A stretch of 52,467 nucleotides of DNA from positions 1-52,467 of the IMG/VR virus record IMGVR_UViG_3300017741_002088; one strand, given 5' to 3'. Of the stretch, positions 28,094-36,805 are shown piece by piece (position 1 is the stretch's first letter; every line of letters starts with the position of its first letter). Made by a program: the position numbers and the translations under genes. Source of the DNA: a virus. Its lineage: Duplodnaviria > Caudoviricetes. The notes under the pieces were generated by a model. The model was not told where the DNA came from and did no database searches. It saw only the letters and a program-made list of their open reading frames with translations.

Positions 28094-29032
28094 ATGAGTA
28101 ATGAATTTTTGTGGGTTGAAAAGTATCGCCCACGCACTGTTGAAGATTGTATTCTTCCACCTAGTCTAAAAAAGACTTTTAAAAAAATTGTGGAATCCGG
28201 AGAGTTACCTAATATGCTCTTTTCGGGAACCGCAGGTCTTGGTAAAACAACTGTTGCCAAGGCAATATGTAACGAACTTGATCTTGATCATATTGTCATC
28301 AACGGATCGGAAGAGGGCAATATTGACACTCTCCGTGGTAAAATCAAGCAGTTCGCGAGTACTGTCTCATTGCAGGGTGGCGTTAAAGTCGTCATCCTCG
28401 ATGAGGCAGACTACTTAAATCCTCAGTCAACTCAACCTGCTTTGCGCGGTTTCATCGAAGAGTTTTCTAACAACTGTCGGTTTATCCTCACATGTAATTT
28501 TAAGAATCGTATCATTGAACCTCTACACTCTCGGTGTGGCGTATATGATTTCAATGGCGGTGATAAGGCAACACTGTGCGGTGAGTTTATGACTCGATGT
28601 CAGCAAATCCTTCTTGACGAGCAGATCACAGTTGACAGTCAACAGGTTCTTGCTGATCTGATTATGAAACACTTTCCTGACTGGAGGCGTGTACTTAACG
28701 AACTCCAGCGGTATGGTATTGCTAATCAGTCTATTGATGACCAGATCCTAGTAAATGTTTCAGACCAAAACTACGATGAATTATTCGTGTCTTTGAAAAA
28801 TAAAGATTTCAAGAACATGCGGAAGTGGGTCGTTAACAATATAGATACAGATGCGTCTGCAATCTTTCGGTCGATTTATGATCGTATGCAGGAAAAAATT
28901 GCACCACAATCTATACCGCAACTCGTTTTAATCCTCGCTGACTACCAGTACAAGAATGCCTTTGTTGCTGATCACGAATTAAATGTTGTTGCTTGCTTAA
29001 CGGAGGTCATGGCAAATGTCGAATTTTCTTAA
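28094..29032 (+). CDS. 44: Clamp loader large subunit gp44
   Basis: LWVEKYRP, G..G.GKTT, DEAD, SRC. Confidence 0.95.
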   Translation: MSNEFLWVEKYRPRTVEDCILPPSLKKTFKKIVESGELPNMLFSGTAGLGKTTVAKAICNELDLDHIVINGSEEGNIDTLRGKIKQFASTVSLQGGVKVVILDEADYLNPQSTQPALRGFIEEFSNNCRFILTCNFKNRIIEPLHSRCGVYDFNGGDKATLCGEFMTRCQQILLDEQITVDSQQVLADLIMKHFPDWRRVLNELQRYGIANQSIDDQILVNVSDQNYDELFVSLKNKDFKNMRKWVVNNIDTDASAIFRSIYDRMQEKIAPQSIPQLVLILADYQYKNAFVADHELNVVACLTEVMANVEFS

Positions 29033-29294
29033 ACTTTATACCCAAAACGATTGTCCCTTTTGTGTTACTATGAAGAACAAACTTGACGAGTGGGGGTTTG
29101 ATTATATTACTGTGAATGTGAGTTATAATCAGGAAGCGAAAACGTTTTTGAAAAATCAAGGACACCGCACTGTTCCTCAACTATATGACGGCAATGTAAA
29201 CCTGAACAAAGATATCAACACCAGTGACCTGACAAAACGTCATCTTGAAATGATGATGCTCGAACAAGATGGTGGCGTGGAGATGTTTGGTTGA
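29016..29294 (+). CDS. Glutaredoxin (NrdH-like)
   Basis: CPFC and RTVPQ motifs. Confidence 0.85.
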   Translation: MSNFLKLYTQNDCPFCVTMKNKLDEWGFDYITVNVSYNQEAKTFLKNQGHRTVPQLYDGNVNLNKDINTSDLTKRHLEMMMLEQDGGVEMFG

Positions 29295-29458
29295 GACGTG
29301 CTTGGAATATTTGGTGTAAAACAATTGGGAGTAAGATAACAGATGATAATTGTGAAAATGACATTGCAGCAGTCATTCGTACTATATGGGTTGTTACTCA
29401 TATGGTCGCTTGCTTTTTTATTATCATTCATAACGGCATAAAGATTGGTTGGTTCTAA
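29291..29458 (+). CDS. Small hypothetical membrane protein (55 aa, not in ORF track)
   Basis: TTG start; MRRAWNIWCKTIGSK...AAVIRT...GWF; overlaps the stop of the upstream gene and the start of gene 62. Confidence 0.6.
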   Translation: MRRAWNIWCKTIGSKITDDNCENDIAAVIRTIWVVTHMVACFFIIIHNGIKIGWF

Positions 29459-29835
29459 TGAATCCATTTGAGTATGTTAATGCGATTAATTTTAAGAAAC
29501 AAGATATCATGGTTGATGATCTTGCAGAAAAAGGTTATGCCGCATATATGATCAACAGATCTTTATCTTATTTCCCTGATACAGTTATGATGGCGAATGA
29601 GATGAATATCAACCACCATCTTGATAATCGTTTACAATTTGACTTTCTTATAAATATAGTACGAAAGAAAAAACGGTTCTCTAAATGGGCAAAACCTGAG
29701 AGCATAAGTGACGTGGAAGTTGTCAAGGAATATTATGGTTATAGTAATGAAAAAGCAAAAAATGCCTTGTCCCTTCTCACATCAGATCAGATTGATGAAT
29801 TAAAGAAGAAGGTTTTTAAAGGTGGAACAAAATAA
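29458..29835 (+). CDS. 62: Clamp loader small subunit gp62
   Basis: INR.LS...D....ANEMN, LQFDF..N.VRKKKRFSKW, YYGYS. Confidence 0.9.
   Translation: MNPFEYVNAINFKKQDIMVDDLAEKGYAAYMINRSLSYFPDTVMMANEMNINHHLDNRLQFDFLINIVRKKKRFSKWAKPESISDVEVVKEYYGYSNEKAKNALSLLTSDQIDELKKKVFKGGTK
29649..29656 (+). promoter_or_regulatory. Late promoter TATAAATA inside gene 62, upstream of regA
   Basis: Exact consensus. Confidence 0.45.
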
Positions 29836-30229
29836 AATTATTGAGTGGAACCCAAGTGCAATGCTTGAGATTACACTAAACGAACCAGATGATTTTCTAA
29901 AAGTTCGTGAGACACTAACACGTATCGGTGTTGCGTCCCGAAAAGACAAGAAGTTATACCAGTCCTGTCATATTCTACATAAGCAGGGAAGATATTTCAT
30001 TGTACATTTTAAAGAGTTATTTCTCTTAGATGGAAAGAAGTCTAATCTTGAAGAGAATGATATCGCACGTCGTAATACTATCGCCACTCTTATGAGTGAT
30101 TGGGGATTGATTAGCATAGAAGGTTCGACTACAGAACCGCTTGCACCAATGCGACAAATCAAAATTATTCCTTACAAAGAAAAGCAGGAATGGGAGTTAT
30201 GTCCCAAGTATAACATTGGTAATAAATGA
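29822..30229 (+). CDS. regA: Translational repressor RegA
   Basis: PDDFLKVRETLTRIG, LYQSCHILHKQGRY.IVHFKELF. Confidence 0.95.
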   Translation: MEQNKIIEWNPSAMLEITLNEPDDFLKVRETLTRIGVASRKDKKLYQSCHILHKQGRYFIVHFKELFLLDGKKSNLEENDIARRNTIATLMSDWGLISIEGSTTEPLAPMRQIKIIPYKEKQEWELCPKYNIGNK

Positions 30230-30866
30230 TATCCCATTTATCGAACTTGATATCGATATAGATTATGACAAACTATTAAGTGAATGGAAAGCAGTAGAAG
30301 ATAAATATTCTTTTGCCAAATATAAAACCAAATATTGGCAGGTCAGAAGAAAATATGCTAAAGCATGGTCAGGAATCTCATTAGTAGGATCAGATGGTGA
30401 CTTATACTCTGATATGTACGAAGGTGATTCTTCTGCGGCATCTAAGACTGAACTGAGAGATGTTTGTCCATATTATTATGAACTGATATCAAAACTTGGA
30501 GGAGATGGTTTTAGAGCAAGGATTATGAGGATTTCACCAAAGGAATCCTTGGTATGGCATAGTCATGTACAAGAACACAGGCAACCCGAATGGCAACTAA
30601 CTTGCCAGATTCCGATTGTCATGCCAAATGATTTTGAATATTGTGTTTTACATAAAGATGAATTTAGATGGTGGAAAAGGTTTCATAGACCAGATTGGTT
30701 AAAGAGAGTCTGGCGAAAAAAACTTGATGTTGGTAAGGCATACATTTTTAATTCTTACCACTATCATAACGTGTACAACTACAGTAATGAATACAGGGTT
30801 ACTTTGATGTTGTACTTAGATTTAAGAGATCCAAAAGTTCGCGATTTGATTGAAAGAAGTTTATAA
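30216..30866 (+). CDS. Asp/Asn beta-hydroxylase-like 2OG-Fe(II) oxygenase (start uncertain)
   Basis: R.RIM...P.....H.H, GKAY.FN...H.V.N.S...R..L pattern. Confidence 0.6.
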   Translation: MVINDIPFIELDIDIDYDKLLSEWKAVEDKYSFAKYKTKYWQVRRKYAKAWSGISLVGSDGDLYSDMYEGDSSAASKTELRDVCPYYYELISKLGGDGFRARIMRISPKESLVWHSHVQEHRQPEWQLTCQIPIVMPNDFEYCVLHKDEFRWWKRFHRPDWLKRVWRKKLDVGKAYIFNSYHYHNVYNYSNEYRVTLMLYLDLRDPKVRDLIERSL

Positions 30867-31162
30867 TGGACTATTTACATGGCAATGTAAGAAAAGGAAT
30901 TCAGTTGTCTAGGCAACTGGGATTCCCCACAATAAATATTGACAACGATAGGTGGGGAAAAGATGAATATGGTGTTTATATTATAAATCATATTCAGTAT
31001 GGTAATGGGATTGCATTCGTTATGCCATCCCTGATTGAGATACATTTTTTCGAAAATGTGTTATTTGATGATGATACGATTGATGTCAAAGTTGTCCGCA
31101 AAGTTAATGCACCATCAACTGGCATCTTGCATCATTTTTATAAAGGTCTATACAATGTATAG
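30866..31162 (+). CDS. Riboflavin kinase-like protein (short)
   Basis: G.V.KG...SRQLGFPT.N, GVY, E.H motifs. Confidence 0.65.
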   Translation: MDYLHGNVRKGIQLSRQLGFPTINIDNDRWGKDEYGVYIINHIQYGNGIAFVMPSLIEIHFFENVLFDDDTIDVKVVRKVNAPSTGILHHFYKGLYNV

Positions 31163-31586
31163 GATAACAGGGATATTTAAAAACAAGAAGGTCGTACAAG
31201 TGTTCTACAACATTTACGATGCTATTGAGTTTAAAGATATCGTTGATGCAAATTATCCTATAAAAGTGAAATTTGAAAAAGGAGTATATCCGATGAGAAC
31301 ATTTATTGTTGATATGTGGAATTCAGTAATGAACCACGAAGCAAACCCACTGAGTAAAATCCCAGATATGCAAACACGTCATGTTGTTATGCAATTACTA
31401 GCATGGATGTGGTGTATCATTTTTTCTACAAGTGTTGGTAGCATCACAGTTTTTGCTGCAAGCGCAGTTGCCCATGCTCTGCTCATTGCTGGCATTGTAA
31501 TAACTGTTGCCACCTTTGAAACTGCTAGACGCAAACCGCAATACTTTGGTGGATTAGGTCGTGGTAATGGCGGTGAGCACGAATAA
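31155..31586 (+). CDS. Hypothetical membrane protein (possible internal start at 31293)
   Basis: W.SVM....NPL..IP, QLLAWMWCIIFS hydrophobic segments; AAGGAG before internal ATG. Confidence 0.6.
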   Translation: MYRITGIFKNKKVVQVFYNIYDAIEFKDIVDANYPIKVKFEKGVYPMRTFIVDMWNSVMNHEANPLSKIPDMQTRHVVMQLLAWMWCIIFSTSVGSITVFAASAVAHALLIAGIVITVATFETARRKPQYFGGLGRGNGGEHE

Positions 31587-31632
31587 TAGTTACTAACTAT
31601 TGTCATTTAAGAATAAATGATTATATATAATG

Positions 31633-31689
31633 TGAGACGCCGAATGATCGGGTCTCATTATTAAACCTTGCATAGTCATGGAGGTACAT
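31633..31689 (+). promoter_or_regulatory. Structured 5' UTR of hsp20; ROSE-like RNA thermometer
   Basis: Hairpin at 31633-31657, then CCUUGCAU-AGUC-AUGGAGG (31666-31684) pairing the SD with a bulged G. Confidence 0.6.
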
Positions 31690-32166
31690 ATGACTGGATT
31701 AGTTTACCCACGCAGTGGGTTCATCGGTTTCGACCACATCTTCGATCAACTTGAGAATATTCACAAGCATGCGAAGGATACCTATCCCCCACACAACGTA
31801 GTAAAAGACGATGAGTTTAAATTCTGTCTAGAACTAGCAGTGGCAGGATTCAAACAAGATCATATCGATATTGAAGTCAAAGACCACGTGTTAACGATCA
31901 AAGGTGATCGCCCACAACGTCGCGAACAAGATAGATATGTTCACAAAGGTATCAGTGCAAGAAACTGGAAAAAGTCATTTAGACTGTCCGAATACACGGA
32001 AGTCATCGGTGCTGATCTACAGGACGGAATATTGACTGTCGACTTAGAAGTCGTCCTTCCTAAAGAAAAGCGACCTCGTAAAATCACAATTGGTCAGAAC
32101 GAGGAAAACGAAAATGACAACAATAGCACTAAAGGGTTACACAACCCTCGCAACAATACTGGGTGA
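31690..32166 (+). CDS. hsp20: Small heat shock protein Hsp20 (IbpA-like)
   Basis: IGFD, YPPHN, ELAVAGF, HKGISAR, GIL. Confidence 0.95.
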   Translation: MTGLVYPRSGFIGFDHIFDQLENIHKHAKDTYPPHNVVKDDEFKFCLELAVAGFKQDHIDIEVKDHVLTIKGDRPQRREQDRYVHKGISARNWKKSFRLSEYTEVIGADLQDGILTVDLEVVLPKEKRPRKITIGQNEENENDNNSTKGLHNPRNNTG

Positions 32167-32335
32167 ACTCGCCCGAGTATTCGATCAACTAGGAAAAGCA
32201 GTTATCATGTCACGAGGAACTGAAGCAAACTTCAAGATTGCTCAGCAACTAAAACATGAATATCCGAATAACAGTGTAGCAGAAATTGCTCATATGTTAA
32301 ACGCAAATTTGCGAAAGGATGTTTACGGTGATTAA
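32114..32335 (+). CDS. Hypothetical protein
   Basis: 73 aa; GAGG RBS upstream. Confidence 0.55.
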   Translation: MTTIALKGYTTLATILGELARVFDQLGKAVIMSRGTEANFKIAQQLKHEYPNNSVAEIAHMLNANLRKDVYGD

Positions 32336-32462
32336 ATTGTTTAAAATTCTTATGAAAAGAATGTCACAAGATCCAGTAGAACGTTATCTTGCTGAATCAG
32401 AAGACCTAGCAGACCTTGAAAATCGTATGAAATCATTACGTCATAAAGGAATCTGGGTATGA
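32328..32462 (+). CDS. Small protein, DUF3563-like (44 aa, not in ORF track)
   Basis: ERYLAESEDLADLENRMK motif; overlaps both neighbours. Confidence 0.6.
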   Translation: MIKLFKILMKRMSQDPVERYLAESEDLADLENRMKSLRHKGIWV

Positions 32463-32890
32463 TGAAAACATTCTTTGCTACTCTTTTAGGATTAGTTTTA
32501 ATTTCTAATATTGCTTATGGCAAAACAATAGAAGTTGAAATGTTGAACAAAGATAGTTCAGGTCGTAAAATGGTATTCAGTCAAGAGGTAGTTCGTGCCG
32601 ATACTGGTGATACAGTAACATGGGTGCCAACATCAAAGGGTCACAACGTAGAAATCGTTGCTGCACCTGATGGTTTTGCTATCCCAAAGAAAAGTAAAAA
32701 TGGCAAAGAAGTCAGTATTGATTTCACAGTGCCAGGAATTTACTATTACTGGTGTACACCGCATAAAGGCATGGGCATGATTGGTCTTGTTGTAGTTGGT
32801 AACGATACATCTAATAAAGATGATATCGCAAAGGCAAAGGCACTAGGCAAATCAAAGAAGAAACTCAAAGAACTTTTGGGTGACCTCTAA
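32459..32890 (+). CDS. Pseudoazurin-like blue copper protein with signal peptide
   Basis: V.MLN, GHNV, YYYWCTPHKGMGM: type-1 Cu ligands His/Cys/His/Met. Confidence 0.9.
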   Translation: MMKTFFATLLGLVLISNIAYGKTIEVEMLNKDSSGRKMVFSQEVVRADTGDTVTWVPTSKGHNVEIVAAPDGFAIPKKSKNGKEVSIDFTVPGIYYYWCTPHKGMGMIGLVVVGNDTSNKDDIAKAKALGKSKKKLKELLGDL

Positions 32891-32948
32891 TGTGGGCATA
32901 TACCTACGAAGAAGCAAAATGGTTGATGAACAACTAACCTAAATAAGC

Positions 32949-32974
32949 AGGAGCATCGCAAAGATGCTCCTTCT
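32949..32974 (+). terminator. Stem-loop, probable terminator
   Basis: AGGAGCATC-GCAAA-GATGCTCCT perfect 9-bp stem; weak U tail. Confidence 0.5.
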
Positions 32975-32990
32975 AATTACGGGAGGTGGT

Positions 32991-33140
32991 ATGCAAGGAG
33001 AAGAACGAAAGTGTACAAAATGTGGTCATAGATGCCACTGTTATCAACCTGATTGTGAAGAATGTCATAATGACGTTTGTGTTAAATGTGTATGTAAAGA
33101 AAAAAAAGATATCCCTACCAGTATGCTGAATGGGTTATAG
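32991..33140 (+). CDS. Cys/His-rich metallothionein-like peptide (49 aa, not in ORF track)
   Basis: GGAGG RBS; MQGEERKCTKCGHRCHCYQPDCEECHNDVCVKCVCKEKKDIPTSMLNGL. Confidence 0.65.
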   Translation: MQGEERKCTKCGHRCHCYQPDCEECHNDVCVKCVCKEKKDIPTSMLNGL

Positions 33141-33149
33141 GAGAATTAA

Positions 33150-33611
33150 ATGAATATTGAAAAGTTGCGCGTAGACTTAGAAAATGACGAAGGAGTTAAA
33201 TATGAAATTTATCTTGATCATCTTGACTTGCCTACTTTTGGCATCGGTCATCTGGTTAGGGATGAAGATCCAGAACAAGGATTACCAGTTGGCACGGCAG
33301 TCAGCGCAGATCGAGTCGCTGAAGTATTCGAATCAGATATTGAAATCACGATTGGAGACTGCGAAAGACTCTATCCGGACTTTTACGAACTACCAGACGA
33401 AGTCCAACTTATCGTCGCAAACATGTGTTTCAATCTCGGGTTTCCACGTTTGTCTGCCTTCAAAGGTATGAAACGTGGCATCGACGCTCAGGATTGGGAT
33501 GCTGCAGCAGATGAGATGGTAGATTCTAAATGGTATTACCAAGTGCCTAATCGTGCAGAGCGATTAGTTCAACGAATGCGAGCAGTTACATTATCTGAAA
33601 TTGCATACTAA
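33150..33611 (+). CDS. Lysozyme (GH24/T4 lysozyme-like)
   Basis: DEG....Y.D.....T.GIGH, M.FNLG, W..AA.EM.DSKW..Q...RA. Confidence 0.9.
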   Translation: MNIEKLRVDLENDEGVKYEIYLDHLDLPTFGIGHLVRDEDPEQGLPVGTAVSADRVAEVFESDIEITIGDCERLYPDFYELPDEVQLIVANMCFNLGFPRLSAFKGMKRGIDAQDWDAAADEMVDSKWYYQVPNRAERLVQRMRAVTLSEIAY

Positions 33612-33618
33612 TATCTCC

Positions 33619-33647
33619 TTTACTTCTCACTGAGAATGTGATATAAT
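33619..33647 (+). promoter_or_regulatory. Early/middle promoter of gene 43
   Basis: TTTACT-N17-TATAAT. Confidence 0.75.
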
Positions 33648-33669
33648 AGTTTTTTGTTATGGAGGTGAT

Positions 33670-36198
33670 ATGAGTGCATTTTACACATCGGTTGTTCGTT
33701 ATGGCAACAATTTTCTCTATCGTGGTTACGATGGGAATGGAAAACGAGTAACGAAGAAAGAAACATTTAAACCGACGCTATTTACTCCTACACAAAAAGA
33801 TGAGGGGTGGCGCGGTTTAGACGGAACTCGGATTGCACCTATTGAATTCGAGACGATGCGTGAAGCAAAAGAATGGTCAGAGCAATATAAAGATGTTGCT
33901 GACTTTCGCATATATGGTTCGTCTAATATGACGCATCAATACATCACCAAGAAATTTAAATATGATATCGAGTTTGATCGTGACCTGATTAACGTCATGA
34001 CAATTGATATTGAGACAGAGTATGAGGGTGGGTTTCCCGATCCCTCTGTCGCTGATCAACAAGTTCTCGCCATCACCGTAAAGTCAAACAAGAGTGATCT
34101 GTTTTGGGTTTGGGGATATGGCGATTATGACACTGAGAAAGCACTTATCAAACCAGTTCGCTATATCAAATGTGAAGACGAGTGGGATCTTCTTTTAAAG
34201 TTTCTTGATTTTTTCCAAGATCCTAGTAAGTGCCCAGATGTTATTACAGGTTGGAACGTTCGCTTCTTTGATATTCCATACCTTGTGAATCGCGTCTCAA
34301 AAGTTCTAGGCATTGAGCAAGCGAAAAAGTTCTCTCCTTGGGGAATGGTTGACTATCATAAGATCAAACGTATGAACCGCGAAGAAGAGGTGTATGAACT
34401 TCGCGGAATACAAACTCTTGATTATCTTGAATTGTTTCAAAAGTTTGGTTATGCCTATGGCAAACAAGAGTCATATAAACTTGATCACATCGCCTATGTC
34501 GTCCTTGGTGAAAAGAAACTATCATACGAAGAATCTGGTTCACTTCGTAATTTGTATAAAGATGACTTCCAAAAATATATTGACTACAACATGAAAGATG
34601 TTGAGTTGGTTGATCGCATTGAAGCAAAGATGGGGTTGATCACTCTCGCTATGACTGTTGCCTATCGTGGTGGTGTGAACTATCAAGACACCTTTGGTGT
34701 TACATCGATATGGGAAAGCATCATCTATCGTAAACTGAATCGCGATAAAGTTGTTCCGCCATTCCATAATAGTGTGAGTCAGAAGAGCGCAAAGTTTGCT
34801 GGTGGGTTTGTTAAAGAACCACAGGTCGGTAGACACGACTGGGTCGTTTCTTTTGACTTGAACTCTTTGTATCCTAATATTATTGTTCAATGGAATATGT
34901 CTCCTGAAACTATCGGTAAGATGCCATATGATAGAGTGACTGGTGGTGTTGACTTCTACTTAAACTTCCACGGAAGTGAGTCTGATCCTATGCATCCCGC
35001 CCAGCGTGAACGTGATGTAACAGTTGCCGCTAATGGTACAACATACCGTAAAGATGTTGACGGTGTCGTGCCAGCAACTATTATAGACTTCTATGATGAT
35101 CGTCGGTCAGCAAAGAATCAGATGCTCGCTGCTGAACAGGCATATGAAAAGAATAAATCTTACGAGTTAGAAAAACAAATCAACACTTTACATAACCAGC
35201 AGATGGCGATTAAAATTCTTATGAACTCTCTCTATGGTGCACTCGGTAATCAATTTTTCAAATATTTTGATCTTGATGTTGCTGAGGGTGTAACGTTGAC
35301 AGGTCAAATGGTTATTCAGTGGGCAGAGCGGTCGATCAATAATGCTATGAATGGTTTGATGAAAACTGAAAAAGATTATGTGATTGCGATTGATACCGAC
35401 TCTTTGTATATTGACTTTGGTCCAATGATTGAGAAACTAAAACCGAATGATCCAGTAAAGTTCCTCGATAAAATTTGCAAAGATCATTTCGAACCTATCC
35501 TTGAAAATGCATACAAAGATCTCTATGGTAAACTAAACTGCCACAAACCACGTATGGAGATGGCACGTGAAGTTATCGCTGATCGTGGTATCTGGACAGC
35601 AAAGAAACGTTATATCCTAAACGTCCACAACAGTGAGGGTGTCCAGTATGATGAACCGAAACTCAAGATCATGGGCATTGAGGCAATCAAGTCATCAACA
35701 CCAGAGGTGGTACGAGCAAAGTTTAAGGAAGCATTCAAGATTATCATAGGTGGGTCTGAGTCAGACACTCAAGAGTTTATCCAGCAGTTTAAAAGAGAAT
35801 TCAAATCACTTCCTCCAGAATCTGTCGCCTTTCCACGATCTGTGTCAAACATCACTGACTGGCATGATCGTAAACTTATTTACAAGAAGGGAACACCCAT
35901 TCACGTTCGTGGATCTCTTTTGTATAATAAGTATCTAAAAGAATACAAACAAACTCAAAAATACGAACTGATCGAGAATGGCACTCGCATCAAGTTTTGT
36001 TATTTAAAAATGCCAAACACAATCAAAGAAAACATCGTTGCCTTTCCTGACGTTCTCCCTGAGGAGTTTGGATTGCATCGTTTCATTGATTATGATCTAC
36101 AGTTCAATAAAACATTTGTTGAACCACTTAAACTTATTCTTGACGCCATTGACTGGACTGTCGAGGAGCAAACTTCTTTGGAGGATTTCTTTGCCTAA
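33670..36198 (+). CDS. 43: DNA polymerase gp43 (family B)
   Basis: DIET exonuclease, DLNSLYP, KILMNSLYG, DTDS, KKRY. Confidence 0.97.
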   Translation: MSAFYTSVVRYGNNFLYRGYDGNGKRVTKKETFKPTLFTPTQKDEGWRGLDGTRIAPIEFETMREAKEWSEQYKDVADFRIYGSSNMTHQYITKKFKYDIEFDRDLINVMTIDIETEYEGGFPDPSVADQQVLAITVKSNKSDLFWVWGYGDYDTEKALIKPVRYIKCEDEWDLLLKFLDFFQDPSKCPDVITGWNVRFFDIPYLVNRVSKVLGIEQAKKFSPWGMVDYHKIKRMNREEEVYELRGIQTLDYLELFQKFGYAYGKQESYKLDHIAYVVLGEKKLSYEESGSLRNLYKDDFQKYIDYNMKDVELVDRIEAKMGLITLAMTVAYRGGVNYQDTFGVTSIWESIIYRKLNRDKVVPPFHNSVSQKSAKFAGGFVKEPQVGRHDWVVSFDLNSLYPNIIVQWNMSPETIGKMPYDRVTGGVDFYLNFHGSESDPMHPAQRERDVTVAANGTTYRKDVDGVVPATIIDFYDDRRSAKNQMLAAEQAYEKNKSYELEKQINTLHNQQMAIKILMNSLYGALGNQFFKYFDLDVAEGVTLTGQMVIQWAERSINNAMNGLMKTEKDYVIAIDTDSLYIDFGPMIEKLKPNDPVKFLDKICKDHFEPILENAYKDLYGKLNCHKPRMEMAREVIADRGIWTAKKRYILNVHNSEGVQYDEPKLKIMGIEAIKSSTPEVVRAKFKEAFKIIIGGSESDTQEFIQQFKREFKSLPPESVAFPRSVSNITDWHDRKLIYKKGTPIHVRGSLLYNKYLKEYKQTQKYELIENGTRIKFCYLKMPNTIKENIVAFPDVLPEEFGLHRFIDYDLQFNKTFVEPLKLILDAIDWTVEEQTSLEDFFA

Positions 36199-36562
36199 AA
36201 GTAATTTTGATATGGTCGAAGACTTTATGAATGCGTTCGGACAGGACGTTGAAAAAACAACAGGATGGACTAGTGTTGCTGAACTTCGCTACGAACTCAT
36301 CCGTGAAGAACTAGAAGAAATGCGTGAGGCATTGGATAGCAAAGATATGGTTGGGATTGCCGATGCACTTTCTGATTTATTGTATGTAGTGTATGGCGCA
36401 GGTCATTCATTTGGTATCAATCTAGATGCTTGCTTCAATGAAGTTCATCGAAGTAACATGAGCAAACTTGGTGCTGATGGCAAACCGATTTATCGTGAAG
36501 ATGGTAAGGTATTGAAAGGTCCAGATTATTCTGAACCAGACCTAAAGAAAATCCTTTCATAA
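36191..36562 (+). CDS. MazG-like / PRA-PH-like NTP pyrophosphohydrolase
   Basis: LI.EE..E, ADAL.D..YV.YG, EVHRSNMSK, REDGKVLKG; TTG start. Confidence 0.85.
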   Translation: MPKSNFDMVEDFMNAFGQDVEKTTGWTSVAELRYELIREELEEMREALDSKDMVGIADALSDLLYVVYGAGHSFGINLDACFNEVHRSNMSKLGADGKPIYREDGKVLKGPDYSEPDLKKILS

Positions 36563-36583
36563 TGATCAAAAGTGTGATATAAT
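36555..36583 (+). promoter_or_regulatory. Early/middle promoter
   Basis: TTTCAT-N17-TATAAT. Confidence 0.65.
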
Positions 36584-36613
36584 GCATGTATAAACTGAAT
36601 GAGGAATTATATT

Positions 36614-36805
36614 ATGAATGTTACACTTCGCGAAATGCTTTTACAAGACGCACAGGAACTAGCGCAAGAAAACTATGACCTTTCGAGATCAGAGTTTGTA
36701 CAACTTGCCGCTAAAAAGTTTTTGAGAACCAGCGATGCTAAATATTTCGGAATTGCAGTTCGCGCATATGATGAAATAAATAGTGATCTTCGGAATGTCG
36801 CTTAA
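36614..36805 (+). CDS. Hypothetical protein
   Basis: GAGG RBS, downstream of promoter. Confidence 0.55.
   Translation: MNVTLREMLLQDAQELAQENYDLSRSEFVQLAAKKFLRTSDAKYFGIAVRAYDEINSDLRNVA

Noticed and set aside
33670-36198. Polymerase motif AIDTDS instead of YGDTDS
   Set aside because: Catalytic DTDS is intact and such variants are common in marine T4-like gp43; no intein or intron seen
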